Assembly (NCBI GenBank): GCA_022826195.1
Contig: JAJDVI010000012.1
Coordinates: 71,583 to 135,582 of the forward strand
Length of the DNA: 64,000 nucleotides
DNA from: Acidobacteriota bacterium
GTDB lineage: Bacteria; Acidobacteriota; Vicinamibacteria; Marinacidobacterales; Marinacidobacteraceae
Direction: 5' to 3'
Shown: positions 55,575 to 64,000 of the stretch, piece after piece
How the letters are laid out: each line of letters opens with the position of its first letter
How positions within the stretch are numbered: position 1 is the first letter of the stretch
Position numbers and translations under genes: made by a program
The notes under the pieces: generated by a model
Told to the model about the DNA's origin: nothing
Database searches by the model: none
Seen by the model: the letters and a program-made list of their open reading frames with translations, nothing else

Positions 55575-56708
55575 TCAGCAGGCGCCCGATCCGGCGAAGC
55601 GCCGCTGGTGGTCCCAGGCGGCGAAGCGGTCGGTCATGCCGGCGATGTAGTCGCAGACCACCCGTTCCGGGGACGATCTCCCGATCCGCTGCCGGAAATG
55701 GGCCGGCAGGTCCTCCGGCCGGTCCAGGTAGTGGCGGAAGAGGTCGGGCAACCGCCGCGTTTCGGCTTCGGTCGTGTCGGCCACCCGCGGGTGGCGGTAG
55801 AGGCGCTCGTGGAGGATCGTCTTGAGTTCCCTGAGTTCTTCGCCGTGGCGTGCGGGAAGCTCGACGACCGGTGACCCGGACGCGGATGCTTCCGGGACGT
55901 TCCCGTCAGGCGCTTCGATTCCCGCTTCCCGGATGCGCCGTTCGGTCTCGCCGGCGAGCGCGATCACGAGGTCGGCGATGACCCGGCGCAGCAGGGTGCG
56001 GACCCTGACGCGCCCGTAGTGCTGCCGCTTTTCGAAGGACCCCGGCCAGTGTCTCCGGAAGAGCGCGGCCCCCTCCAGGTCCCCGACGCCGATCAGCCCC
56101 GAGGAGAGGCCGTCCTCCATGTCGTGGGCGCTGTAGGCGATCTCGTCGGCGAGGTCCGCGATCTGCGCCTCGAGGGGCGGCGGTCCGAGACCGCGGAGGT
56201 CCTCCGGAACGAATCCCGACCGGCTCGAGTGGGCGAAGATCCCGTGACGCGATTCGCGAGTGAGGTTGAGCCCCGGAAAGTCCGGGTAGGCGCGTTCGAG
56301 CTCGTCCACGATCCGGAACGACTGGATGTTGTGCTCGAACCCGCCGTGGTTTCGCATCAGTCGGTCCAGCACCTCTTCTCCCGCATGGCCGAAGGGGGTG
56401 TGGCCGAGGTCGTGGGCCAGCGCGACCGCCTCGGTGAGGTCCTCGTTGAGCCGGAGCGCCCGGGCGATCGTCCGGGCGATCTGCGCGACCTCGAGGGTGT
56501 GTGTGAGCCGGGTGCGGTAGTGGTCGCCTTCGTGGTTGATGAAGACCTGGGTCTTGTACTGGAGCCGGCGGAAGGCGCTCGAATGGACGATCCGATCCCG
56601 GTCGCGCTGGTACGCCGTCCGGAACGGATCGGGCTCCTCCGGCCACCGCCGTCCGGCGCTGCGGGTGCTGCGGCAGGCGGCGGGGCGGAGGCCCCTCTCT
56701 GCCTCCAC
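55575..56708 (-). CDS. dGTP triphosphohydrolase-like HD-domain protein
   Basis: RDRDRIVHSSAFRRLQYKTQVF, HTRLTHTLEVAQI, AHDLGHTPFGHAGE (HD motif). Confidence 0.75.
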   Translation of the reverse strand: MEAERGLRPAACRSTRSAGRRWPEEPDPFRTAYQRDRDRIVHSSAFRRLQYKTQVFINHEGDHYRTRLTHTLEVAQIARTIARALRLNEDLTEAVALAHDLGHTPFGHAGEEVLDRLMRNHGGFEHNIQSFRIVDELERAYPDFPGLNLTRESRHGIFAHSSRSGFVPEDLRGLGPPPLEAQIADLADEIAYSAHDMEDGLSSGLIGVGDLEGAALFRRHWPGSFEKRQHYGRVRVRTLLRRVIADLVIALAGETERRIREAGIEAPDGNVPEASASGSPVVELPARHGEELRELKTILHERLYRHPRVADTTEAETRRLPDLFRHYLDRPEDLPAHFRQRIGRSSPERVVCDYIAGMTDRFAAWDHQRRFAGSGAC

Positions 56709-56716
56709 CGGTCCCG

Positions 56717-57664
56717 CTAACCCGGCGCGTAGTAGCCGAGCTTCGTCCGGACGCGGAGGTCGGGACGGGTCGTCTGCACCACGATGCGCCGCCAGGCGCC
56801 GTCCTGCCGCGGGTTGTTGGAGATGTAACCGACGTTGTACTGGCTCTTGAGCTCTTCGGCGATCCGGGCGTACACGGAGTCCAGTTCAGCCAGTTCGGCG
56901 GGGAAGAACCACTGGCCGCCGGTCTCTTCGGCCAGGTTCTTGAGGACGTGTTCGGCTTCGGAGAAGCGCCTCCCCCGCCGGCGCGCGGTGTTCTGCAGCG
57001 AGATGGAGTAGATGACGACGTCGGTGTCCTTGGTCAGGTCGAGCACCTGTTCGAAGGTGACGAGAGAACTGGTGTCCCGGCCGTCGGACAGCAGGATGAT
57101 GGCCTGCCGGCGGGCTTCCATCCGCTGGCGTTCGAGCGAGCGGAGCGAGATGTACATGGCGTTGTGCAGCTTGGTGGTGCCGCCCGCCTGGGTCATCCGG
57201 ATGGCGTGCTCGAGCTCGCCGTGGTCGTTCGTGAACTTCTGCAGGATGTTGGCGTTGCTGCCGAACTCGACCACCTGCGCCACGTCCTCCAGCCGCAGGG
57301 TCCGGGTGAACCGGACCGCCGCCTCCTGGGCGAAGTTCATCTTGTCCACCATGCTCGCGGAGGTGTCGAGCAGCAGCACCATGCGGATCGGCAGGTCCTC
57401 GCGCGAAAAGGCCTCGATTTCCTGCAGGATGCCGTCCTCGTAGACCGAGAAGTCCTCCTCGATCAGGTCGGTGATGAACCGCTCGCGCGCGTCGGTGACG
57501 GTGACGTTGAGCGAGATCAGGTCCACCGTTACCCGGAACTGGTAGGCCTGCTGGACGAGAGGACCGGCCGCCGCGGCCAGGCCGCCGAGGACGAGGGTCA
57601 GGGCGCCGGCGGCGACGATCCCCCGCCATCCCCGAAAGGACCGGCGGCCCGCGCGGAATTCCAT
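56717..57664 (-). CDS. von Willebrand factor type A (VWA) domain protein
   Basis: MIDAS motif LLLDTSASM, ...LLSDGRDTSS; N-terminal TM/signal. Confidence 0.7.
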   Translation of the reverse strand: MEFRAGRRSFRGWRGIVAAGALTLVLGGLAAAAGPLVQQAYQFRVTVDLISLNVTVTDARERFITDLIEEDFSVYEDGILQEIEAFSREDLPIRMVLLLDTSASMVDKMNFAQEAAVRFTRTLRLEDVAQVVEFGSNANILQKFTNDHGELEHAIRMTQAGGTTKLHNAMYISLRSLERQRMEARRQAIILLSDGRDTSSLVTFEQVLDLTKDTDVVIYSISLQNTARRRGRRFSEAEHVLKNLAEETGGQWFFPAELAELDSVYARIAEELKSQYNVGYISNNPRQDGAWRRIVVQTTRPDLRVRTKLGYYAPG

Positions 57665-57752
57665 GAGCAACCCGCTATTCTGACGCAATTCCCGCGCTCT
57701 CTCCCGTGTTCCCCGTCCCTTTTCCGGGCTTGCCGGAAAGCCGCCAATCCGG

Positions 57753-58304
57753 GTGACGGTGTCCGATCACTCCGGACCGGGCGCCGGCGCCGCGGTCTCG
57801 GACCCGACCGCCGCGGTTCTGACCGCGAGCGACGGGTGCGCCGCCGGGGTGGTTCCCGACCGTTCGGGGGTCGTCGCCCGCCGGATCCTCCTGGAACTCG
57901 GGTTTCGCATCGCCGACTCGGCGATCGTGCCTGACGAGGTGGACGCCATCCGGGAAAAGGTGAGCGGCTGGGCCGCGTCCGGCATTCGCCTGGTGCTGAC
58001 GACCGGCGGCACCGGGCTCGGCCCCCGGGACCGTACGCCGGAGGCGGTTAAGCCCCTGCTGGACCGTGAACTCCCCGGCTACGGCGAATTGCTGCGGTCG
58101 GAGGGTCTCCGGGACACGCCCATGGCGGTCCTCTCCCGGAGCCTCGCGGGGAGCATCGGCGCCACCCTGGTGATCGTCCTTCCGGGGAGTCCGCGGGCCG
58201 TCGAAAGCGGGCTCCGGACGCTGGCTCCGACGGTGCCCCACGCTTTGCAACTCCTGGCCGGAGATACCGCGCATCCGCGTTCCGTAAACGCTCGTAACGA
58301 TTGA
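57753..58304 (+). CDS. mogA: MogA/MoaB-family molybdenum cofactor biosynthesis protein
   Basis: VLTTGGTGLGPRDRTPEA motif. Confidence 0.7.
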   Translation: MTVSDHSGPGAGAAVSDPTAAVLTASDGCAAGVVPDRSGVVARRILLELGFRIADSAIVPDEVDAIREKVSGWAASGIRLVLTTGGTGLGPRDRTPEAVKPLLDRELPGYGELLRSEGLRDTPMAVLSRSLAGSIGATLVIVLPGSPRAVESGLRTLAPTVPHALQLLAGDTAHPRSVNARND

Positions 58305-58363
58305 TATACTTGGCCAATTCCAGCGCGTCGCACCCGGCTTGAGCCGGTGCGCAGACTCCGAAA

Positions 58364-58696
58364 ATGACACCCGAAGAACTGCAACTGCACGAGGCGAACC
58401 TGCTTGCCAAGAAGGCCGCCATCGAGAAGCTCGTGCACACGCGCGCCTTCTCGCGGACCCCGCCGCACGGAGATGACGGGGACCGCTCGATGGTGGCGAA
58501 CGACGACGAGATCGTGATCCAGCTTCAGCAGAACGACGCGAAGCTGCTCCGCGCCATCGACAAGGCGCTCGCCCGTATCGAGGCCGGCGAGTTCGGCATC
58601 TGTTCCGACTGCGAAGAGGAGATCCCGCGCCTCCGGCTGGAGGCGGTTCCCTGGACGCGCGTCTGCGTCCCCTGCAAGGAACGGCAGTACTCCTGA
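58364..58696 (+). CDS. DksA/TraR-family C4 zinc-finger protein
   Basis: coiled-coil N-terminus, CSDC...CVPC zinc finger. Confidence 0.7.
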   Translation: MTPEELQLHEANLLAKKAAIEKLVHTRAFSRTPPHGDDGDRSMVANDDEIVIQLQQNDAKLLRAIDKALARIEAGEFGICSDCEEEIPRLRLEAVPWTRVCVPCKERQYS

Positions 58697-58699
58697 ACG

Positions 58700-58945
58700 C
58701 CCCGGTTCGGAGCTTCCGGAGCGCCGGCCTCCGGCCGGCATCGCGCGGTAGCGCGAAACCCGCGCCGATGGCGCCCCCGGCTTGGAACGCCGGTCACCAG
58801 ACCGGCACGCGCGGTGCTCCGCACCGCGCACGGCGCAGCCCCCTGCGGAAAGGTGGCTCTCGCCTCGGCATGAGGCTCAACCGCACTGATGGCGCCGCCG
58901 GCCTGGAACGCCGACGTCGGGTCGGCGCCCGCGAACCGTCATCGG
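58700..58945. repeat. Cluster of three or more REP-like modules (mosaic element)
   Basis: 58715-58775 near-identical to 6702-6760; 58776-58840 is the reverse complement of the 32540-32600 type; 58880-58925 is a third GCCGGCCTGGAACGCCG copy. Confidence 0.7.
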
Positions 58946-58964
58946 AACACATGAGGTAACCCCG

Positions 58965-59756
58965 ATGGATCTCGGAATCACCGGACGAACCGCTGTCGTG
59001 GCGGCGGGAAGCCAGGGGCTCGGCCGCGCGGTCGCCGAGGCGCTGGCTGCGGAGGGGACCCGGGTCGCCATCGGAGCGCGGGGCCGGGACGCCCTCGACC
59101 GCACCGCCGCCGAGATCCGGGACCGTCACGGGGTGGAAGTCCTCGCCCACCAAGTGGACGTCGGGGACCCGGATGCCGCCTTCGGGTTCGTCCGGGCCGC
59201 CGAGGAGCGTTTCGGGCGGGTGGACATCCTGGTGACGAACGCCGGGGGCCCGCCCCCGACCCGGCTCGAGGACACGACGCCCCAGCAGTGGCGCGACGCG
59301 CTCGAAGCGAACCTGCTCTCCTGCGTGAATCTCGTGCGCGCCGCCCTCCCCGGAATGATCGAGCGCCGCTGGGGCCGGATCCTCGCCATCGCCTCGGTCT
59401 CGGTGAAGCAGCCCGTTCCCGACATCATCCTCTCGAACACCGCCCGCTCCGGCATCGCCGGGTTCATGAAGTCGCTCGCCAACGAGGCCGCGCCCCACGG
59501 AGTGCTCGCCAACGTGCTCTGTCCCGGCTACACGCGCACCGCGCGGCTCGTCGAGCTGGCGGACCACATTGCGGAGAAGCGGGGCTGTGCGGTGGACGAG
59601 GTCTACGCCGACTGGTCGAAGGACATTCCGCTCGGACGGGTCGGAGAACCCGAGGAGTTCGCCGCCGCGGCCGCCTTCCTCGTCTCCGAGCGCGCCAGCT
59701 ACATCACCGGCACGGTGCTCGCCGTGGACGGCGGCCACATCAAGAGCGTCACCTGA
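58965..59756 (+). CDS. SDR-family oxidoreductase
   Basis: Rossmann glycine motif GSQGLGRA, NAGG motif, SDR Tyr/Lys region. Confidence 0.8.
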   Translation: MDLGITGRTAVVAAGSQGLGRAVAEALAAEGTRVAIGARGRDALDRTAAEIRDRHGVEVLAHQVDVGDPDAAFGFVRAAEERFGRVDILVTNAGGPPPTRLEDTTPQQWRDALEANLLSCVNLVRAALPGMIERRWGRILAIASVSVKQPVPDIILSNTARSGIAGFMKSLANEAAPHGVLANVLCPGYTRTARLVELADHIAEKRGCAVDEVYADWSKDIPLGRVGEPEEFAAAAAFLVSERASYITGTVLAVDGGHIKSVT

Positions 59757-59872
59757 TTTCGGCCGGCGAGCGGAACGCTCGATGGCGTCTCTCACGTTGA
59801 CCTAAAGCCGCCGATCCGGTACCTTCCGCGCGCCGTCCGTTCCCGTATTTCAGGAGTGCTGAGTACCCCGTT

Positions 59873-61897
59873 TTGAACTCCCTGCTCTGGCTCATCCCGG
59901 TCATTCCCGGGGTGGGTGCCGCGATCAACGGACTCTTCGGAAAGCGCCTCGGCAAGCGGCTCAGCGGCCTGCTCGCCTGCGGGTCGGTGGCCGCCTCCTT
60001 CCTGATCGCGCTGGGGTTCTTCTTCACGGTCTTCCTCGCCGAGGGCGGGGCGTCGGCCAGGGTCGAGCAGTCCCTCTTCTCCTGGATCCCCAGCATGGGG
60101 GTGGACTGGGCCTACCGCCTCGATTCGCTCTCGATGGTGATGACCCTGGTGGTCACCGGGATCGGCCTGCTGATCCACATCTACTCGCTCGGTTATATGA
60201 GCCACGACGCGGGTTTCAGCCGGTTCTTCAGCTACCTGAACCTGTTCACCTTCTTCATGCTGAACCTGGTGCTGGGCGCGAACATGCTGCTCCTGTTCAT
60301 CGGCTGGGAGGGAGTGGGGCTCTGCTCCTACCTGCTGATCGGGTTCTGGTTCGAGCGGCCGGCGGCGGCCGCCGCGGGGAAGAAGGCGTTCATCGTGAAC
60401 CGGATCGGGGACGCCGGCTTCATCATGGCCGTGTTCCTCACCTTCGTCACCTTCGGGACGCTCGACTTCTACGGGGTGATGGGGCAGATCTCCGCTTCGG
60501 AGATGCAGGGCGGAGTGCTGACCGCCATCGGGGTGCTGCTCTTCGTCGGCGCCGCCGGCAAGTCCGCGCAGATTCCCCTCTACGTCTGGTTGCCGGACGC
60601 GATGGAGGGCCCCACCCCGGTCTCCGCGCTGATCCACGCGGCGACCATGGTGACCGCGGGCGTCTACATGGTGGCCCGCAGCGGCGTCCTCTTCGCGCAC
60701 GCCCCGGCGGCGATGGCGCTGGTCGCCACGGTGGGAGCCGTGACCGCGATCTTCGCGGCGTCCATCGCGCTCTTCCAGAACGACATCAAGAAAGTCCTCG
60801 CCTACTCGACCGTCTCGCAGCTCGGCTACATGTTCCTGGGCGCGGGCGTCGGGGCCTTTGCGGCGGCGATCTTCCACCTGATGACCCACGCCTTCTTCAA
60901 GGCCTGCCTCTTCCTCGGTTCCGGCAGCGTGATCCACACCATGGAGCACGCCGAACACGCCTCCGGCGGGCATCGCCACTACACCGAGATGCAGGACATG
61001 CGGAACATGGGCGGCCTCGCCCGCTACATGCCCCGCACCGCGTACACCTTCATGATCGCGACGGTGGCGATCGCGGGGATTCCGCCGCTCGCCGGGTTCT
61101 TCAGCAAGGACGAGATCCTCTGGAAGACCTTCGAGGGCGGCCACTTCGCCCTCTGGGCGCTCGCCGCGGCGGCCGCCGCGATGACCGCGTTCTACATGAG
61201 CCGGCAGGTGATCATGACCTTCTGGGGCGACTTCCGGGGCGGCGCGGCGATGGAGAAGCACCTCCACGAGTCGGCGCCCTCGATGACCGTCCCGCTGATC
61301 ATCCTCGCGGCCGGCTCGGTGGTCGCGGGTTTCGTCGGCGTCCCCGCGGCGCTCGGCGGGGCCAACCGGATCGAGCACTTCCTCGAGCCCGCCATCTACG
61401 CCGGCGGTCACGGCCCGGCCCCGATCCCCCACGCTTCCTACGCCGTGGAGTACGCCCTGATGGGACTCTCCGTGGCGCTGGCCGCCGCCGGCATCCTCTA
61501 CGCCTACCGCCGCTACTGGACGGGACCGACGCGGGACTCGGCGCTCGCCGGCAGCCGCGCCTACCGGACGCTGCTCAACAAGTACTACGTGGACGAGATC
61601 TACGACGCGACTGCCGTCCAGGGCGCGGTGCGCGGCGGCGAGGGCCTCTTCCGGTTCGACCAGAAGGTGGTGGACGGCGCCGTGAACGGTTCCGCGTCGC
61701 TCACCCGCCTCAGCGGGGACCTTTCCGATCTGAGCGATCAGAACCTCGTGGACCGGGCCGTCAACCTGGTCGCCGAAATCCTGGCCGCCGCCTCCACGCG
61801 GTTCCGGCGGCTCCAGACCGGGCTGTTCCAGAACTACGCCCTTCTCATGTTGTTCGCAGTGGTCCTGCTCGCCGGGGCCCTCACCCTTTGGAGCTAG
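59873..61897 (+). CDS. nuoL: NADH-quinone oxidoreductase subunit L
   Basis: strong NuoL/ND5 similarity over 670 aa incl. HTH long horizontal helix region; TTG start. Confidence 0.9.
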   Translation: MNSLLWLIPVIPGVGAAINGLFGKRLGKRLSGLLACGSVAASFLIALGFFFTVFLAEGGASARVEQSLFSWIPSMGVDWAYRLDSLSMVMTLVVTGIGLLIHIYSLGYMSHDAGFSRFFSYLNLFTFFMLNLVLGANMLLLFIGWEGVGLCSYLLIGFWFERPAAAAAGKKAFIVNRIGDAGFIMAVFLTFVTFGTLDFYGVMGQISASEMQGGVLTAIGVLLFVGAAGKSAQIPLYVWLPDAMEGPTPVSALIHAATMVTAGVYMVARSGVLFAHAPAAMALVATVGAVTAIFAASIALFQNDIKKVLAYSTVSQLGYMFLGAGVGAFAAAIFHLMTHAFFKACLFLGSGSVIHTMEHAEHASGGHRHYTEMQDMRNMGGLARYMPRTAYTFMIATVAIAGIPPLAGFFSKDEILWKTFEGGHFALWALAAAAAAMTAFYMSRQVIMTFWGDFRGGAAMEKHLHESAPSMTVPLIILAAGSVVAGFVGVPAALGGANRIEHFLEPAIYAGGHGPAPIPHASYAVEYALMGLSVALAAAGILYAYRRYWTGPTRDSALAGSRAYRTLLNKYYVDEIYDATAVQGAVRGGEGLFRFDQKVVDGAVNGSASLTRLSGDLSDLSDQNLVDRAVNLVAEILAAASTRFRRLQTGLFQNYALLMLFAVVLLAGALTLWS

Positions 61898-61946
61898 CAG
61901 CCCGCATGGACACCACGACTAGCGCCGCCAGCTCCGGATAAGCCGA

Positions 61947-63536
61947 ATGTTCGAGAACAACCCCTTCAACTTCCCGATCCTCTCGCTGGTGGTCTTCTTT
62001 CCGGCGATCGCGGCGCTCTTCATCCTGTTCTTCGTCAAGAAGACCGACGAAGACCGGATCCGCTGGCTCGCGAACGGCGCGGCGCTCATCGGGTTCCTGA
62101 TCTCGCTGCCGCTGTGGTTCGCGTTCGACGCCGCCGGCCCGCAGTTCCAGTTCGGAGAGCGCTACGAGTGGATCCCGAGCATCGGCGTCGAATACAACCT
62201 CGGCCTCGACGGGATCAGCCTGCTGCTGGTCCTGATGACCACGCTGCTCGGCTTCATCGCCATCCTGTCGTCCTGGAAGGCGGTCACCGAGCGGGTCAAG
62301 CAGTACTACGTCTTCCTGCTGCTGCTGCAGACCGGAATGCTCGGCGTCTTCGTGGCGCTCGACTTCTTCCTGTTCTACGTGTTCTGGGAAGTGATGCTGG
62401 TCCCGATGTACTTCCTGATCGGGGTCTGGGGCGGCCCGAGGAAGCTCTACGCGGCCATCAAGTTCTTCCTCTACACGCTGGTGGGCAGCGTCCTGATGCT
62501 GCTCGGCATCCTGGCGCTCTACTTCGCCCACCACGGGGCGACCGGCGAATACACCTTCGACCTGCTCCGCCTCATGGAGACCTCCTACGCGTCGGGTCTC
62601 CAGTTCTGGGTGTTCCTCGCCTTCTTCATCGGGTTCGCGATCAAGGTTCCGATGTTCCCGTTCCACACCTGGCTTCCGGACGCCCACGTCGAGGCGCCCA
62701 CCGCCGGCTCGGTGATCCTGGCCGGGGTGCTGCTGAAGATGGGCACCTACGGCTTCGTGCGGTTCTCGATTCCGCTCCTGCCGGAGGCCAGCCGCGAAGC
62801 GGTGTGGTGGGTCGCCACCCTCGCGATCATCGGGATCGTCTACGGAGCGCTCGTCGCGCTCGTCCAGAAGGACTGGAAGAGCCTCGTCGCCTACAGCTCG
62901 GTGAGCCACCTCGGCTTCGTGATGCTCGGCGTCTTCGCGCTGAACACCCTGGGTCTCGAGGGCGGCATCCTCCAGATGATCAACCACGGGCTCTCCACCG
63001 GGGGACTCTTCCTGCTCGTCGGCATCATGTACGAGCAGCGCCACACCCGGGAGATCGCGGCCTACGGCGGGATCGCCAAGGTGGTGCCGAAGTACGCGGC
63101 GCTCTTCCTGATCATCGCGCTCGCTTCCATGGGCCTTCCCATGCTGAACGGGTTCATCGGCGAGTTCCTGATCCTGCAGGGCGTCTTCCAGGTGGACTGG
63201 GTGTACGCCGCGTTCGCGGTCTCCGGCATCGTGCTCGGCGCCGCGTACCTGCTGTGGCTCTATCAGCGGGTCATGTTCGGCAAGCTCGACAAGGAAGAGA
63301 ACAAGTCGCTCGCCGACCTGACCAGCCGCGAGAACGCCACCCTGGTGCCGATCGTCGCGCTCTGCATCTTCATCGGCGTCTATCCCAAGCCGTTCCTCGA
63401 GAAGCTCGCCGTTCCGGTGGCGGCCATCGTCGAGCGCGTCTCTCCCGAGAGCGCGCAGACCGCCGAGGCGCCGCCGCTGCCGGCCGAGCTGGAGGAGGAA
63501 CTCCGGGGCAACGCCGCCGTTCCGAGCGACGACTGA
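61947..63536 (+). CDS. nuoM: NADH-quinone oxidoreductase subunit M
   Basis: NuoM/ND4 family, 529 aa. Confidence 0.9.
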   Translation: MFENNPFNFPILSLVVFFPAIAALFILFFVKKTDEDRIRWLANGAALIGFLISLPLWFAFDAAGPQFQFGERYEWIPSIGVEYNLGLDGISLLLVLMTTLLGFIAILSSWKAVTERVKQYYVFLLLLQTGMLGVFVALDFFLFYVFWEVMLVPMYFLIGVWGGPRKLYAAIKFFLYTLVGSVLMLLGILALYFAHHGATGEYTFDLLRLMETSYASGLQFWVFLAFFIGFAIKVPMFPFHTWLPDAHVEAPTAGSVILAGVLLKMGTYGFVRFSIPLLPEASREAVWWVATLAIIGIVYGALVALVQKDWKSLVAYSSVSHLGFVMLGVFALNTLGLEGGILQMINHGLSTGGLFLLVGIMYEQRHTREIAAYGGIAKVVPKYAALFLIIALASMGLPMLNGFIGEFLILQGVFQVDWVYAAFAVSGIVLGAAYLLWLYQRVMFGKLDKEENKSLADLTSRENATLVPIVALCIFIGVYPKPFLEKLAVPVAAIVERVSPESAQTAEAPPLPAELEEELRGNAAVPSDD

Positions 63537-63569
63537 TCCCGCGGCTGTTCCCCTTGCCTCGGCGGGAGA

Positions 63570-63833
63570 ATGCCGCCGATGACCCCGGAACCGCCGGTGG
63601 CGCCGCGCGCCCGGCTGCTGACCCTGCTGAGCCTCGGCTTCTCGGTGCCGATGGCGATCGTAATCGGTGGCGGCGCCGGCTGGCTGCTCGACCGCTGGCT
63701 GGGGACGGAGCCCTGGCTCTTCCTGGTATTCCTCGGCTTCGGGATCGTTGCCGGGCTACGGAACGTGGTGCGCGCCGCCTCGGCGGTGGCGGAGAGCGAC
63801 CCGCCTGAAGACACTGGCGGAGAGGACTCATGA
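63570..63833 (+). CDS. AtpZ/AtpI-like small membrane protein (ATP synthase gene-1 family)
   Basis: two TM helices with LGFSVPMAIVIGGGAGWLLDRWLGTEPWLFLVFLGFGIVAGLRNV matching the PF09527-type pattern. Confidence 0.5.
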   Translation: MPPMTPEPPVAPRARLLTLLSLGFSVPMAIVIGGGAGWLLDRWLGTEPWLFLVFLGFGIVAGLRNVVRAASAVAESDPPEDTGGEDS

Positions 63834-64000
63834 CGGATTCGGCGAGGCCGGCGGAGGGTCGCGAAGAGCGACTCACCCGGCGGGCCATTGCCCTCGGAGC
63901 GGCCGCCGCGCTGATCGCACTCGCCTTCGGCCCCCGGATCGGCCTCTCCGTGCTTGGCGGGGCCACCATCTCGGTCCTCAACATCGTCGCGCTCCGCCGG
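63830..64000 (+). CDS. Hypothetical membrane protein, 3'-partial (possibly ATP synthase protein I)
   Basis: ATG overlapping previous stop; hydrophobic segment AIALGAAAALIALAF; truncated by window end. Confidence 0.3.
   Translation, partial: MTDSARPAEGREERLTRRAIALGAAAALIALAFGPRIGLSVLGGATISVLNIVALRR

Noticed and set aside
1-64000. tRNA, rRNA and other structured RNA genes
   Set aside because: No tRNA T-loop (GGTTCGAATCC-like) or acceptor-stem signatures were found by eye. A covariance-model scan (tRNAscan-SE, Infernal) would be needed to exclude small ncRNAs, especially within the REP-like clusters.

Overview
High-GC (about 70%) bacterial chromosomal segment. The gene content (BNR/sortilin-like, CarboxypepD_reg outer-membrane receptor, CRTAC1/ASPIC, GldAFG-DUF4340) suggests a Gemmatimonadota-like organism; this is inference only. 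Housekeeping genes: a MutS-family fragment, ruvB, queA, ridA, mogA-like, dksA-like, and nuoL and nuoM followed by an atpZ-like gene. Catabolic cluster: methylcrotonyl/geranyl-CoA carboxylase beta, AtuA-like, enoyl-CoA hydratase, carboxylase alpha. Transport: YfcC-family carrier, a sodium:solute symporter fused to a GNAT domain, a HlyD/ABC/2xFtsX exporter, and a GldA/F/G-type ABC system. Other coding content includes peptidases, phosphoesterases and several secreted proteins of unknown function. The window is unusually rich in type II toxin-antitoxin modules: VapBC, a solo HigA, RES-Xre, Phd-VapC, FitAB, MazEF-like, and one degraded RHH-PIN pair. Intergenic space carries a family of GC-rich palindromic REP-like mosaic repeats at eight or more loci, one of them associated with a duplicated gene 3' end, and a ~63-bp tandem repeat in a divergent promoter region. 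No rRNA, tRNA or CRISPR array could be supported. Coordinates come from the ORF track where possible. Starts I refined by hand may be off by a few nt. The ORF track reports alternative start codons (GTG/TTG) as M.
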